The notes beneath the pieces were generated by a model that saw nothing but the letters and a program-made list of their open reading frames with translations, did not search any database and was not told the origin of the DNA. From Takakia lepidozioides (taxonomy: Eukaryota; Plantae; Bryophyta): a DNA stretch of 64,000 nucleotides. Positions 13,471-27,649 of the stretch are shown piece by piece (the stretch's first letter is position 1; the number at the start of each line of letters is the position of its first letter). A program made the translations under genes and the position numbers. The DNA lies in the NCBI GenBank assembly GCA_030704615.1, contig CM060731.1, positions 15,686,001 through 15,750,000 on the forward strand. The letters are read 5' to 3'.

Positions 13471-14121
13471 CACTGTTGGACTGGTATGTCCATTTTTTGA
13501 TACCAGACTGGTCCTGGTTTGAAAGGTCCCACCCTTTTTTCATACCACGCTGGTGTAGGTATCTATACATGTATGAGCAACTTGGGTATGAATCTAATAT
13601 GAGTAGTTGTACTTTGGGCTGTATATGAGTATGGTATTGGTATTGCCCTTTCTCTGTAGTGATACTGGGGGGGGGTATGAGCACTGGTATGGTATTTCTA
13701 CAGCTCACCATACATAGAAATAAATGTCATTTAGCACATAGCTAATTTTAATCCAAGTCGTGAAACACTAGGCAAATGTAACCCAAAGTAGCACGAACAA
13801 CAAATGAAGTCCAAATTGCAACATGGAGCCTTGAATTAACCCAATTGTAGTACAGGGTATATCTAGCTGCACTAACATATACTCATACCTACCTCCATTC
13901 ACCATGAACTCACCGCAATATTGGTATCGGAACCATGCTATTCCTCCATGTACCCAGACTGGTATGGTATGTGTGCGGGGAATCCTAAAGCCATACTCCC
14001 CCAGTACGTGTATCACATGGGTACACTGGTTCTTTCATACCCGACTGGTATGTTCTTCAATATATATATTCATACCTGTATTCCATACCTAGGTTAAACC
14101 AGGTATACCGGTCCAACACTG
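13471..14121. mobile_element. hAT-family MITE (651 bp)
   Basis: TIRs CACTGTTGGACTGGTAT / ATACCGGTCCAACACTG, a perfect 8-bp TSD GATTTTAC (13463-13470 and 14122-14129), and many subterminal GGTATG/CATACC motifs. Confidence 0.85.
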
Positions 14122-14539
14122 GATTTTACCACTTCAAATCCATATATATGATGTGGACCAAAATGACCACCTTATATCCAAATTTCAATGGAATTGACCA
14201 ATGGCACATAGGACTTATTGAGTCCATTAAAATTCCATTCACTGCAAAAACAAGTCCACTGTATCGTCTTCAAAAGTCCATAACTTTGTCATTTCTAATC
14301 GGATTCATGATTGGAGAGTTGCTATGGGTGCGTATTGAAGCTAGGAATACAATGACATAGATATTTGTTGGTTTTAATTAGTTAACTAATAAAAACTGAT
14401 GACACCATCAATTGCCGTCATCTAAAACTGTGCCGGTAACGTCCATTTTGATCTAGTCATTCTTGCATTCACCCAGAGAACAAGACAACTAGTTGCTTGG
14501 AATCAAAATTGAAGTTCCCAAAGACTGGCTGGAGGATTG

Positions 14540-14915
14540 TTTCAACGTAGCTGCAGGGCAAGTGCTGAGATAGAAATGGTCGAAGTTGATTCCAAATAGC
14601 CCACATAGAGGTCCATGCAAGGGAGACAGAGAGGGCTCTTCTCCCATTGCCCTAAGCAATCTAGCGTAGAGAAGGGCTCCAAAGAGAGGAGCTCGTTGCT
14701 GTTGCCTTCAGAAAGTAGGCGAGACAAGTAAGCCCACACCAGTGACTGTTGGGGTGCATTAGCAACCTTGGGATCCATTTAGTAAGGAGTGCCAAAATTT
14801 GAGTCTCAGGGTCCAAGAGACCAAGCCCACCTTGGCGAGTTAGCTGTTTACATGAGATGAGCACCCTTTTCATGGGGGAAGAAGGAGTGGCTCCCCAAAG
14901 AAAGATGTTAGTAAG
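14540..14915 (-). mobile_element. L1-type LINE ORF2 fragment (region after RT)
   Basis: FLWG....RVLISCKQLTRQGGLGLLDPETQILALLTKWIPRLL matches the plant L1 pattern FLW..W......K..GGLG..D....N.ALL.KW..R. Confidence 0.75.
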
Positions 14916-15637
14916 ACTAGGGTAGCCTGTGTCGTTGGTCCATGTGTCCACTGTCATCTAAGTCCAGTTGCAATCCCCTATGTATCCACGTGCATCTCTT
15001 ATGTCGGGCGAAGCACAAAGACATATTCCAAATATTCTAAAAGATTCTGGAGGATATGCGTTTGCGAAACCAAATTGCGCTCACACGATAAGAAATACGA
15101 AATTATCTGAAAATCGTGTTCACAAAAAAAAAAAAAAAAATTAATCGTCCAAAGCTCAACTTGCGTGAGCACAAAGACCCACAAATATATCTGCTAGAAC
15201 TCAAAGAGCAGCGCACGTAAACAATGTGCATTTGTTAACATTGTGTGTAGAACATCCCCAAGAACCACCCAAAAAATGGGTTTCGCCAACGAAACGCAAA
15301 CGTGGCGAAATTGGGGTTTAGTTTTAATTTTAGTTATTTTTTAAAGGTTCCTCCCTTTTAAGCTCCTTCTGTATGTTTAAGATTATATTTAGACACCATG
15401 GAGACGCTATAAACGCAGAAAGACCCTATGTCCGTCTACTATATATATTTCCGCTGACATACATATCACCCCTATAACATCAAAGACCAAATGCAATTTC
15501 CTATGACATATCCAAGTGCGTCTCCTACGTCAAACCTTAAGGCCCATCTAAGCCCAAGCGCAATCTCCTATGTATCCATGTGCGGCTCCCATATTGTAGA
15601 GGCCCAAGTGCGACCTCCAGTGTCCAATGTCACCTAA

Positions 15638-15964
15638 GAGCATCTCCACCGGGGTACACCAAACTACACTGCAACAGTAAAGGACTACGGCCTCGAACAC
15701 TCCCCTCCCCCACAGGCAACCCCATCAAACTACCTGCACATGTCATTTTTGCTTTTGCACGTGAGGGACCACCTGGACAGACGCCGCCTTACCCTAACGC
15801 CATAAATGCACGCAGCCGTGCTTTTTAGTCTCTCCAGCAGATACCGACCGGGCCTAGAGGGCATGTATCCTGCACCAAAGTACAGGCCCTGGGGGTGCGG
15901 ATACCAGGGCCGAGGGCTCTTTTACCGTTGCCGTGGCATTTAGGGTCCCCCGGTGGAGATGCTC
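15638..15964. mobile_element. PIF/Harbinger (Tourist-like) MITE, 327 bp
   Basis: Perfect TIRs GAGCATCTCCACCGGGG / CCCCGGTGGAGATGCTC with a TAA TSD on both sides (15635-15637 and 15965-15967). Confidence 0.92.
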
Positions 15965-16129
15965 TAAGTCAAGTGCAATCCCAAAGCCCACTTTGCTTTT
16001 TGCAATCCCCTTGTCGATGCTTCTTATATTGATATATCCATTCTGCTATTTTTTGCGAATTTCCAGTGACCAAAAGCACTTGAAATTCCAACTCTCCCAC
16101 GTGAAGGGCCAATCACTGCTCCAGGAAAG

Positions 16130-17260
16130 CCCACTTTGCTATTTCGCGTATTTCTAGCAACCAAAAGTACTCAAAATTCCATATCTCCCACACCGCAGGT
16201 CCAAAAATTATTAGACCAATCTGCCCCTCCTCATCGAGGGCTTTCAAACGACACTAAGCACCAGGGCTGGGGCCGTGGTTTGGGAGATCTCAGTGATGCT
16301 ACAAAACAAAACAAACAAATTGGCTTGCTTCATATATTGACTAGGGTAGCTTGTGCCGTTGGCCCAAGTGCAATCTCCTCTATATCCAAGTACGTCTCCC
16401 ATGTCTAGGCCCAAGTGTGACCTCTAGGGTAGCTTGTGCCGTTGGCCCAAGTGCAATCTCCTCTATATCCAAGTACGTCTCCCATGTCTAGGCCCAAGTG
16501 TGACCTCTAGGGTAGCTTGTGCCGTTGGCCCAAGTGCAATCTCCTCTATATCCAAGTACGTCTCCCATGTCTAGGCCCAAGTGTGACCTCTAGGGTAGCC
16601 TTTGCCATTGGCCCATATGCGAAAAAATTGAAATCTAAGACCAAGTTTAATTTCCTATGTCGAGGCCCATCCAAGCCCAAGTGCAATCTTCTATGTATCC
16701 AAGTGCATCTCCTATGTAGAGGCCCAAGTGTCCTCTGTCATCTAAGCCCTAGTGCGATATCCTATGTATCCAAGGGCGTCTCCCATGTGCGTCTCCTATG
16801 TCGAGGCCCATCTAAGCCCAATGTGCAATCTCCTATGTATCCAAGTACGTCTCCCATGTCAAGGCCCCATTTTTTTTTTCATGAACTTATTGAGACTCAT
16901 TATTGATATGTCTCCCGTCTCTAGGGTAGCTTGTGCCATTGGCCCAAGTATCCACTATCATCTAAGTCCAAATGCTTTTTTTTTCCACATAGTCTACGAC
17001 CGGATTTGAACCGGAGATCTTTCCCTTAATATCTCTTGTGTCAAGGCTCCAACCATTGTCCCGGTAATGCCCACTTTGCAATTTTTCACGAATTTCCAGC
17101 GACCCAAAGTATTTGAAATTCCACATCTCCCACACCGCAGGTCCAAAATCGTGAGACCAAGCCCGTGCACCCCTCCACGTCGAGGGCTTTTCAACGGTAC
17201 CAAGCACCAGGGCTGGCCGCGCAGTTTGGGACATCTCAAATCTACAAAACAAAACAAACG
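16130..17260. repeat. Dispersed direct repeat of about 190 bp (16130-16320 and 17070-17260), probably TE-derived
   Basis: Both copies contain CCCACTTTGC..ATCTCCCACACCGCAGGTCCAAAA..CGAGGGCTTT..AAGCACCAGGGCTGG..CTACAAAACAAAACAAAC. Confidence 0.8.
16341..16615. repeat. 83-bp minisatellite, 3 identical units plus a partial, within a wider degenerate array (about 15480-16970)
   Basis: CTAGGGTAGCTTGTGCCGTTGGCCCAAGTGCAATCTCC... starts at 16341, 16424, 16507 and 16590. Confidence 0.95.
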
Positions 17261-19365
17261 TCTCGCTTCATGTATTGATGATTGATAATTTTGAATAAAA
17301 ATCTATTCAATTTGAAGACCTATCTACCAACTAAGACCGATGCCCTAATTTATTTATAAATAATAGACAAAGAAGATGCCGGTCAACCCGCGGTACTAAG
17401 AGCCACTTCACCTTTCCACTATTGCGGTGGGCCCTATTAGTGCATTTCATTCTTAGAGGGGAGCCTACTTATAAGATTCTAAGGCATGCAAGTACACAAA
17501 TGGAACCAATAAAGGGGAACCAACCAACCAACATCAAGGGATTTGGCTCCTAAACAATAAGGGGAAGTAAGATTCTGGCTATTAATGGATATCCCTCCAG
17601 AATTTAAAGAATGTTCTTTCATTTTGCTTGGCCTTATTTTGTGGAATATAGCGCCATTGGCTTGCGGAACATAAAGCTCCTCATCAGCCTGCCACAAGCA
17701 TTCTTTTGAAATCTGGAGATTCTTCTGGAAAATGGGTCAGCCACTTTTACAAAGGAACTATGGGAGTAAAAATAAAAAAATTCGCCAGAAAGCGCCAATG
17801 GTTAGCCAGGATTTTCCTACCTGGACCTGTTATATTGTGACGCCCATTACATAGCCACTTTTCTAACCCTGCCACCTGGTTATTCTTGCCACATGGGCAC
17901 TGAGTATAATTTACATGTGGACCTTGTGGCGATTTTGGAAAAGTGAAAGAAAAAACACTGCTGCCAAGGTGCTAACAAAATGTAAGTTCACTCCTTTCTG
18001 TTTTGAAATTCGTTATGTAGGTGCAAGCCTATATTTAAGCCCCCACCCTGTGGCAAGGGGCTCATACATGTGAAGCAGTATGCCCACCCTGGAAGGGGCC
18101 AGTAGCCGCAAGGAGAAGTGGCTCTTACTTAGTCTTCTTCTTCTTCTTTGAGAAGCAATGTGTGTGGGTTACTTACCCTACATATTACTAGCTCTCACTA
18201 TGTACCCCAACTCATTTGCCCAGTTTGGGAAGGTCAGCCAACCCGACACTGTGGGAAGAGCCAATCAGTGGGCCGCCGGAGGAGGCTAGTGTAGAAGTAG
18301 GAGGGTGGAGGGTAGACAGCTGTATGGTTTTTTTTTTTATAGGGCATGGGATGGGGCCCCTTAGAAAATTTGGAACCTAAATTATTATCTAATTAAAAAC
18401 TCTCTTACTACTGTTGCATAGTCCATGTCCAAATTTGACGAAAGATGCCTTTTTTTTTCCCTCTTAAATTCCTCTGCGTCTGAAGGTAGCCACAAAACCA
18501 CTGCAACTTTTACCCACCGATTCTCTTTCCCTGTTGAGTCCCACAAGCAGCAGTGACCCACACACCAACAGCCAGTGATTACACACTGTACGTACTCCCT
18601 GCTGCTAAGCATCTGCTCAGTACCAAAAGCGGCCTTAAGCACGCAGCAGGGAATAACGTTCATGGCCGTATCCAACGCAGCCATGTGGAGCAGACAGGCA
18701 ACGTGAGTGTCCGTGCCCACTGCTCCTTGTCTGGTGTGGTGTACTTGTGCTGAGCTTCACATGCCGCTCTGCGCACGGATCTGCTGAGAAGGGCGCTGCG
18801 CACGACGACCGTTCTCATCACTGCTGACCCATTTGCACTACAATTATGCGTTGGTTCTTGTCCAAGAATGCACGTGATACAGGTCTGCTATACAGTGAAA
18901 GTCTGTGGAAACAAGTGCTAGAGAGGAGCTACGATTATGGATTGCTATGGTCATCAGCGAGGCTGTGTATTGGAGCAAGGTGGGCTAGGCAGGTGCAGGT
19001 AGTCACGGGAGAGCCAAAGCATATAGGTTGGACAGCAGGTAGGAAATCTTACTCTGAAATGGTTCGAAGCTGCAGATGAACCAGATCGGGAAGCTGGAAG
19101 ACAAGGAGGGTGATTCTGCGGGACATATTGAGACCGTTCCAGAAGGAAGGAATGTACAGGCTATGATATGGCACTCAAGCTGCTGCATATGTATTAAAAG
19201 AAAGAAACGAAAGAACTTTAGAACGTTCACAGGCGAGAGAGACAGCCATGAGGTAGAGATCTAGAGAGGGGGGCGGGAATGCCAGAGAGCCAGCATGAAA
19301 AGGGTGGGAAGAAAAAGGTGCGGAAGAGAGTGACATCCTGGCAAGACCCAGCGGAGAGCGACGCG

Positions 19366-22300
19366 ATGTGGGGAACTTTGAACAGAGTGCGTTGCATGCC
19401 GCTGCCCAGTGCAGTGTGTGCCAGCATTCGTACTCATGTCGGCAGCCCCGTCCCTCAGGTTTGTCTGCCTTTCGGTATGTGCATTGTTGGAATGGAGGTT
19501 GCAGTGGATGAGACCGTTTACAAATCAGCTAGCGGGCCGAAGCCGTCACTTAGCTTGAAGGAAACGAAAATAGCTACAAGACTATAAGCTTGGTAGAAGA
19601 AGGAAGAACAGGGGTAGGGGTGGGGATAAACTACCAGCGCGCTCTGAGGGCTGTCTATTTCCATTTATTAGGTGAATGTGATGCACCAGCTCGAATCTCG
19701 AAAATAAAGATTGTCACGAAGTCTGATTCAGAGTGGCGCCATGCTAGAGTCTCGAGTCTATAAGTAGATTTTGTAATACGTGCCCTCCATTCAGATTAAA
19801 AACTTCAGCCTTGATCAATCCTCTGGCAAATACCTAAGCTGTAACGTTGTTGAAGGGGCTTAACACTAATGCCATCCCTTTTCTTTTCTAAAGAGGCCAA
19901 CTTCTGTAGCATCTTAAGGACGCACTTATGTGACAAGTGATCAACCCTGAACATATTAGCAAAGCTGGCCAATGTGGATCCACCCCTTGGGTATGATGAT
20001 ACGTCAATCATGAGCTGGAATGTGATGGCAAACGAAGGACATTTTAATGAACCCCTTTAGAGTGACAGTCCTGAGCACATGATGACCAACGAGCAGCACT
20101 GCTATCCTGCAGGCCCCGGGTGGCATGCAGCACGAGCACTTGGAGTTTGTCTCTTGGTTGCGGGCACGCGGTGAACAGGACCTCTGTTCTGCTCTCACTG
20201 TAGGCATGTCCATGCATGGCAGGTGTGTGCCTCTCTAATCTGTTGATTAAGATGTGTATGCCTCCTTTGAAAAATCTAACCCAGGAAAGCAAAATTATGC
20301 TCTGTCTTAACCTCTTGTGAGGTACATAATGGACATGCAAGTTATGGAGGATAGGTGAGCGAGAAATGTGGTTCCTTTATGAGGCACAGAGAGACATGGG
20401 CACACCAAGTAAGTGCTTATTGTAATCCTCAAAATCACAGGTAATGTGCATAGTTGCCTTTGTTTGGTCGTGAAAGTGATTTGCAAATTGTTTTGTTGGT
20501 CTCTGTGGACTGTAGGGCGCTCTTTGCATCACGACGCATTGAAGCAGGGGAGCGGGTTTTGCGGGTTTCTCACAATCTTGTATGACCCTTACTATCCCAT
20601 TGCCATAGGGACAAGTGGCCTAGTGGTTCCCTTGAAGAAGGACTCTGTAGAAATTAAAACCCACATACAAAGTGGATGTCCCACAAACATATGCATGTGG
20701 TTGCTTAGCCATCCTTCCATTACTTAAGAAGCTGAAGATTTTCCTTGCCATAGATGGGAGGAGGTAAAAGGAAAGGTATTATGTCAACAGGATGCCTGAT
20801 CGAGAGAATGATAACATACACAGTAACGTTGTGGTGCTGTATTGAACTGTGTGCAGATGATCACACCAGATAAATTGCCCAAAGAGGTAGTAGAACTTTT
20901 ACCGAAGGGGGTGAGTGAGTGGGCACGCCTTGCTCTCTTCCTACTTGCAGAACAACGCATTGGCCAGGTATTCTGCTTCTCTCTTTGTATTCATTCTTTT
21001 GACATGTACAGAGATGTAGGCAGGCACAACCAGATCCTGAAGACATGGTTAGCGGATGTGGACCTTGCGAGGATGCAATTTAATTATGATCATGGATTGA
21101 TAATGCTGGTTGAAGAAGTATCCATGTGAAAAAGGACAAATTAAGTGGGAGGACTGGCTGGGCCTGGTGCAGGCATCAGAATGGGCACCCTACATACGCA
21201 GCCTCCCTCGTTTTGGTGCCCTCCATAGCACGGTATACTTTTTCACGCTGTTACCTTTTGGACACGTGGCTGAGGGATGGTAAAAACATGACACTGTTGA
21301 GTAGTGACCAAATCTTATGCATACTGTACATCATTTGTAATCTGTATATTTTTCTCGCAAGTAATATTTGAGAAGAGAAGACTCCAAATTTAGAATCTTC
21401 TTTGCAATAATGCAAGAAGCACCACCAAAGTTTTGCAAATTTTGCTGTTTGGTAACCATAGACTCTAGTGGAAGCACTTATGCTTAGTGGAAAGTGGGTG
21501 TATATGGATGCAGGTGTTCTGGAAGGAGGAGATGGAGATGGTGCAGCATAGCTCTATGTACCGTGAGACTGTGCAGCGCAGAGCCATTATTCGGGCCGAG
21601 TTTACTTCTGTTCTCCCTGTCCGTAGTTTTCTCTCCTAGTCCAAAGCACTGGTTAAATATGGCAATGTGTTTGTGCTCAATGAATAACGTAGATTTTTCA
21701 ACACTCTTTGCTTACTGTCACACTATTTCCACATGGAAACGCATCAGGGCCTTATGGAAAGCAAGGTAGATAACAACAGATAATCATCTTTGTGTGTGCT
21801 TGGGCTGCAAAGCCTCTTAAATCTTGTGAACTTGTAAGACTTTGCTGATGAGTGGCATGTTACTTCAGGTGTTGGAGAAATGCCCACACATTTTTGGGGA
21901 CCGAGTAACCCATACATCTTTTTCACATGCGTATGCCACAGGTATGTTCCTTGCATATCATGATGCATTCATTGTGCCCTCATGGTCAGGGAATCTGTCG
22001 TCCCACCTATCATGTCTATACATCAGTTTTGTGTAATGTATGGCCTATAGTGAACCTATGAATAATTGTGGGATTACACATGCAAGTTAGTAAGAAGATG
22101 TGTTTGCTTGCCAGCAGCATGTCTGGGCTGAGACACAGTCAACAAACTACACTATGGTGGTGTTCTGCATTCCTAGACTGCAGCTTGCAAATCAAATGGG
22201 ATGAGGTGATAGGAAATTTGTTGGACATCTTAGGATGAGGTTGTGGCTGAAAAGGAGTGTAGGGTCAGGCTTTGGAAAAGGGATTTCAAGAGGGGGGACA

Positions 22301-24785
22301 CCCACCAAAAAACAGATAATTAAGTAAAGCCCACGCATACCATGAAGCTTTTTGAAATCAGTAAGGAGGGATAGGATTTATAGGAACTTGTGTGGGAATG
22401 GAGCGTCAGTACTATTTGGCATTAGAAAGGATGGGATGGTGGTTTAGGGGGGCAGTTGAAGAGGCAAGAGGTGAAGGCATACATTGGGGGGGCTGGGTGT
22501 GCAGTGGCTAGGCTAGGGCTAGCCTGATGCATCCCGAGGTGGCATACGGTTGGTGCAGTGTGCTCGCGTGCATGGGGAATCGAAGCCTTGCATACCCTTG
22601 CTCTGGTTCGTACCTTCATCTCTCTTTATCTATTTAGTAGGGTCTCACATACATATACATCAGATTGAAAAGTTTTACTTTGCTCTGCAACTTTGGATAG
22701 AACAAACCTGGAAAGGAGATTAGGAGACCGATTCTGGTTTGTGATTGATGTGGAACAGGTGCCATTTGTCGACTTCTTCAATCATGATGCAGGATGCCGT
22801 GCCCTGCTATCTTATGACGAGGACAAAGCATGTGCTGAGGTTGTATTTGATCTATTTTTGTCTGTCTTTATAACACATTAGCACAAGGAATTTGCTTCTT
22901 AGTCATCGTGAGATTCAATGCTGAGTCATGGCCTGTTATTCGATGTCTTGCTGAAGGTTCTTGTTGATGCTGTGAACCTGAGCATGTTGCTGTTTCTAAT
23001 GTTTTGTTTGGTTTGTGTACAGGTTATTGCAGATAGAGATTATGCTCCAGGTGCACAGGTATTGTTCTTCCCCCATAAATGCATTTCCACATGTTGCTAG
23101 TGGTCCTACTCTGTGTGTACTGGAATGAATTGGTTGGACACAAGGTTGTGTAGGCAAGACCCCTGCCAGCCATGTGAGCATGCATGCAACAGGACCTATG
23201 ACTGATCAGGGCAGTATTCCAGCTTTCAACATAATCACTTAATCAACTCCAGGATGTACGTGCAGGTTCTTATCACCTATGGCCGCCTGCCAAACACTAT
23301 TCTGGCTCTCGACTTTGGGTTCACCCTGCCTTTCAACCAACATGATCAGGTATAGCACGTTACTATTAGGCTGTGTTCACAGTGGCAACGCGATCGACAC
23401 TTTTTGCTTTTCTCAGATTCAATGGAGAGCTAAATGTAAGGTATTATGGTTAGGGCTGGAGAAATGTGGGAGATTAGAGCTAACCGGGAATGTGGTTTGC
23501 AGGTGGAAGTGTGGATGGGTGTGTCACGGAGGGATGCATTGCGCAAGAACAAGCTGGCTCTGTTGCATTCACATGGCATGCCCACACTGCTTCATTCTGA
23601 TGGCTCTGACAGTGGTGGGAATGGCTTCCATATCCGGTATCCCTTATGCACCCTGGCGTGATTGAATAAAAATCCTGGTCAACGATCTGCATAGACAGTG
23701 AATTGTAACGTGTGCCGATCCCTATGTAACATGGGGCAAGCTGACATGATGACTAGCTTGATGGTGCAGGGAGGTAAAATCAGCAAGTGGACGAGGGAAG
23801 GGCATTCCCCATGCATTGCGTGCCTTTGCGCGTGTCCTGTGTGCCACCTCTTCTCAAGGTCAACCCACATGTACCTTGGTGATGCTACCTTGTTCACACC
23901 TTCAGTTCTTGTGATACACATCCATGTTTTTTTTCGGTCACAGACAGAACTAGAAACCAACATGTAAGATCATCTCTGTGCAGAGCTTTCAGAGATGGCA
24001 GCAGATGCTGCGATGCATGATGGGCGGTTGGCACGGCGGCCCTTGAAGAATCGCACCAGAGAGGCTCAGGCCATGAGTTTGTTGCTAGCTCGTTTGGACT
24101 GTTTAATCCACCAACATTCCATCTCTGTGAGACACCTTATCCCTAATGCTCTTCTGAGAAAAACGAGGTGATAGGCTCATCAGCTGCCATGTCTCTCTCT
24201 TGTTCCCCTGTTCATTTATGCCATTTCTATCTCTGGGATGCAAGCTAGAATAGTTGCTGTCAATCGGTACTCTGTGATGGAAAGCTCTGTGAACTGTCTG
24301 ACTACACGGCCAAGATTGTCATCTCAGAGTGGGGTGATCCGTTCTTGTGCGTGAACAACCATATATGGGTTTTAGCACAACCCCATACAGGCTTTGGGAG
24401 GCTAGTAATGTGCATTATTGTAAAACTCATCCGAGAGGAGAGCAGTGGTAGGTACTTGTTCTCATACCATGGGATCTAGGCAAAATAGCCTCATGCCAGT
24501 GGGATTAACTGACCCTCTTTCTCAGTCGTTCAGTTGGTCATGCTGACAGTTCGTATCCGGAACATACTAAGTTGTAAAAGATGTATAATATTAAGGCTTC
24601 AGGGGTGACGAAATGTGCAGGCATTGCAAATAGCAGAGGCATGCAGAATTATTAAGCAAAGTCCAGCCAGGAAGCAGAACATGGAGATGGCAGGTGATGT
24701 GGTGGCTGGGGAGCTGCGGGTGCTCTATTCAGCAGCTGCCTGGCTCCGGAACCACTGCACACCCGCCACTGTCCTCACAATATAA
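19366..24785 (+). CDS. SET-domain protein lysine methyltransferase, Rubisco LSMT/SETD3-like (resembles Arabidopsis At3g55080, from memory); probably organelle-targeted
   Basis: 14 phase-consistent GT-AG exons: 19366-19458, 20113-20222, 20516-20579, 20857-20967, 21173-21232, 21514-21618, 21869-21941, 22559-22605, 22759-22839, 23023-23058, 23266-23349, 23503-23636, 23770-23858, 23984-24126, plus the terminal exon 24621-24785 (15 counting the tentative first exon). Motifs: GRALFASRRI, WAPYIRSLP, VCSRAW, VPFVDFFNHD, ADRDYAPGAQVLITYG..PN..LALDFGF, GKGIPHALRAFARV, DGRLARRPLK, GELRVLYSAAAWL. The start codon is tentative (an alternative ATG is at 19279). Confidence 0.9.
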
Positions 24786-26399
24786 AACATGTTCTATCCA
24801 TCTAGGAAGGAGGCCATTATTTGGTGTCCTGCATGAGATGAGGCAGTGCAGATATCAGAATTATGTGGTTGGTTGGGCCTGAGGTTTGGACGTCGTGCCC
24901 CTTTATCACACACTGTATCTCTCCCTTTCTCAATATGGAGCAACCTTCAGCAGTAGGACATGTGCCTTTTAGTGCTGGTGGTCTTTTGGTGTGCATTCAT
25001 ATTAGGGTGAGGGTGATGATACTTCCTCCGCATTTTTGTGGTAGCACATGGATGTGACAATGGTCAAATCGCCACCAGAAAAAATCTCACTCATCACTAA
25101 ATGCTCTCCATTTGATTCCCCCAAGCTCTTCCAACCTTTTGCAAGCAAAGCCTACCAATCATTGTCTCCTCCAGCTCCCCCAGACCTCACTCTATGTAAC
25201 GTACATCATCCCTTGCATTTATGGCATATTCAATGAATGTCGGCTTATTAACACAATAGTACCAGTAGGTGTCACGTATTATGCTGCAGGTATTCATGCA
25301 CCCACCTGTTGTTTTAATAGAGTGCATTTGATTTCCCAATGTGTGTCTCCAACGACTCGGTACTCTTGTATGTCTCCATCTGCGAGGTCTCTCTCTATAT
25401 CTGAAGTTGAAGTTTCCCATGAAACGAATCTGTGTGTTATCCAACACAAATCATTTTACTTCCAAGAGACTTCGAAGAGATAATCGCTTCCATTTGGTGA
25501 AACACAGATTCGTTTCATGATGAAACACAGATTCGTTTCAGTGGTGAGGTTACTACTGGGCCGGGTTGACAGTTGGTGGGTTGCTCGCTGGGAAGAACTC
25601 ACGCATCAAGCGGAAAGTAATATCACACAGGTTGTCATCCGGAGTGAAGAGAGCTTCTACATCCAACACTTAGCTCAATCTTAAGTTACTTCAAGTCCGT
25701 TGGGACGTGTCATGTGCCCACAGGGCCGAAGATAACCCTACAGATGTGGACCCCAGAAGTACAGATCCAGTACGAATGTCTGGAATCCGTAACGATCTGT
25801 AACGGTAGACTCGGTAGAGAGCCGCAATTCTGAAAACTTCTGACATTGAGTAATGAATAGTAACCCAAGCATGAGAGAATCTGCCCCATCGAAGCTCTCC
25901 TCCCCTTACCTGCTGCCACCATTGTCGTCAGCACGAGTAGAAGCGCAATTCTGGGCATGCGATTTTGTCAAGAAACCTGGCACCCCTTTGGAGTCGAGTC
26001 CTTGTAATTGCCACACCACTATCACTTGTCCAGAGTTCCACGTGGTCCCAAAATTGCTCAAGGAATAGCTGAGCAAGCAAGCCTCTCTGTGTTAGAAGAC
26101 TAAACCACCCCATTGTTCGCATTGTAGGAACTGTTACATTTGTGCCCAATGTAGTGAGAGATCAAGCGGGCTACAGCACCTGAGGCCACTCTATACGACA
26201 TGTCTCAGTTATGGATGGAGTGGGATTGCAATGGACAGGTGGGTGATGCATGTTATAGATGGACCACCGCTGCATTTGGGTGGTCGCCTGTGTTGGAGCT
26301 CGTGACTACAAGTTCTTCCTTCTTTTTCTTCTAAGAGCTGCCCTGATTATGATGTAGGTGATATTATGTGTCTGATAACTACTTGATGTTTCACCCTGA

Positions 26400-27200
26400 C
26401 GCATCCCACCGTGCCATGCGTGGCACATGAACCTCTTTTGCTGCCCTTTGCAGTGGAAGGAAAATTGCAGCGGTCATCTCTCTCTGTCTCTCTATCTCTC
26501 TGTCTCTGTGAAATGGTAGAGACCACAGGCCTGGGTCAATTTCATAGGGTTCTAGATGCAGTTAGCTCCATGTGCCTTCTGGTGCTTGATTAAATCTTGT
26601 TCTTCCAAAATGGGCAGTTCTCATTGGGAGAGAGTTATATCTTTTCATCGTCGCACCAGGTGGCAGAGGGAAGTTCAGGGTAATCTCCATGTTGTTTGAA
26701 CTTGGGACACATTTAGAAGCTTAATTCAGACACTCCGAACAGATGTTGGGTTGCATGATGTAGCTGTAAACATTCTTGGAGACTTAATTGGTGAGAGCAC
26801 CACTGACGCCAAACTTTACGGCTTTTTTTTGGCTATTTGGAAGAGGAAGTAGCCCACCTGTAACCTTTTGCTGCACACTTGAACATGCTGAGTTGAATCA
26901 CACAGATGAAGTCTATTAGAGCAAAAATTTGGGTTGATAGTAAGGAAGGGAAACGCAGAGAGTGGAAGGGATAATTGGCAGGTGTGGACAGATGGGTGGA
27001 TGGTCAATTTGTTGTGTTGGACTACATTTGGTTGTGAAGCATGAAATGTGCAAATGTATGTCAGCGTTGTGAAGGACTGTATCGACTGCTTCCAAGTGTT
27101 GAAGTTGGCTTCTGCAATCACTGTGTTTGGCTTTGTCATGATGCATGTACCAGTGGTTGCGGACAACACAACCACCATTGAGGTACAACATGTGACAAAC
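26400..27200. repeat. Diverged segmental duplicate of about 37090-37640
   Basis: Shared blocks TCTCTCTATCTCT..GAAATGGTA..CCTGGGTCAAT, GAACATGCT.AGTTGA.T.ACACAGATGAAGTC and GTGTTGAAGTTGGCTT.TGCA.TCACTGTGTT..CATTGAGGTACA. Confidence 0.8.
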
Positions 27201-27649
27201 CTCTGTTAGACCTCCGTCATTGAGCCCAACAATTTAAATTTTGTTGCGTGCACTTGTTGTCCTTTTCAACTGAAATCAACAATTTTGGCTTTATCTTTTG
27301 GTGGAAAGCACTGTTCAGCAGTAGTTGATCGGGGCTGTATGAAATATCCGGAGAAATGGAGGTTAGATATCGGTCTGTCTGTATACCGACACCAGTACAT
27401 TTTTTGAATGATCTCTCGGAGTGGTATTGGCTGTTGAGCATCTCGTACCTGAGCTCATCTTTTGTCAAATGTGATGTTGTGTCAGGCATATGAAAAGAAA
27501 GCATCCAGAAGATAGCGATCTGATTTGGGGCGGAAAAGGAACTTCGAGCAGGGGAGTTGAGCTTTTTCTATCCATGAATGAAAGCCCAGAGTATTTTGAT
27601 CCTCTTCATAGTGCCCTGTAGAAATTGTTTTAGAATACAAAATGAGTGT

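Noticed and set aside
18662-18701. Possible upstream first exon (ATGGCC..AAC|gtgagt) of the SET gene
   Set aside because: I could not link it in phase to the downstream exons, and ATG 19366 gives a plausible transit-peptide start.
27217-27504. YHSER as a DYW deaminase HxE motif downstream of PPR copy A
   Set aside because: No PG box, CxxC or DYW end is visible, so the match is too weak to call.
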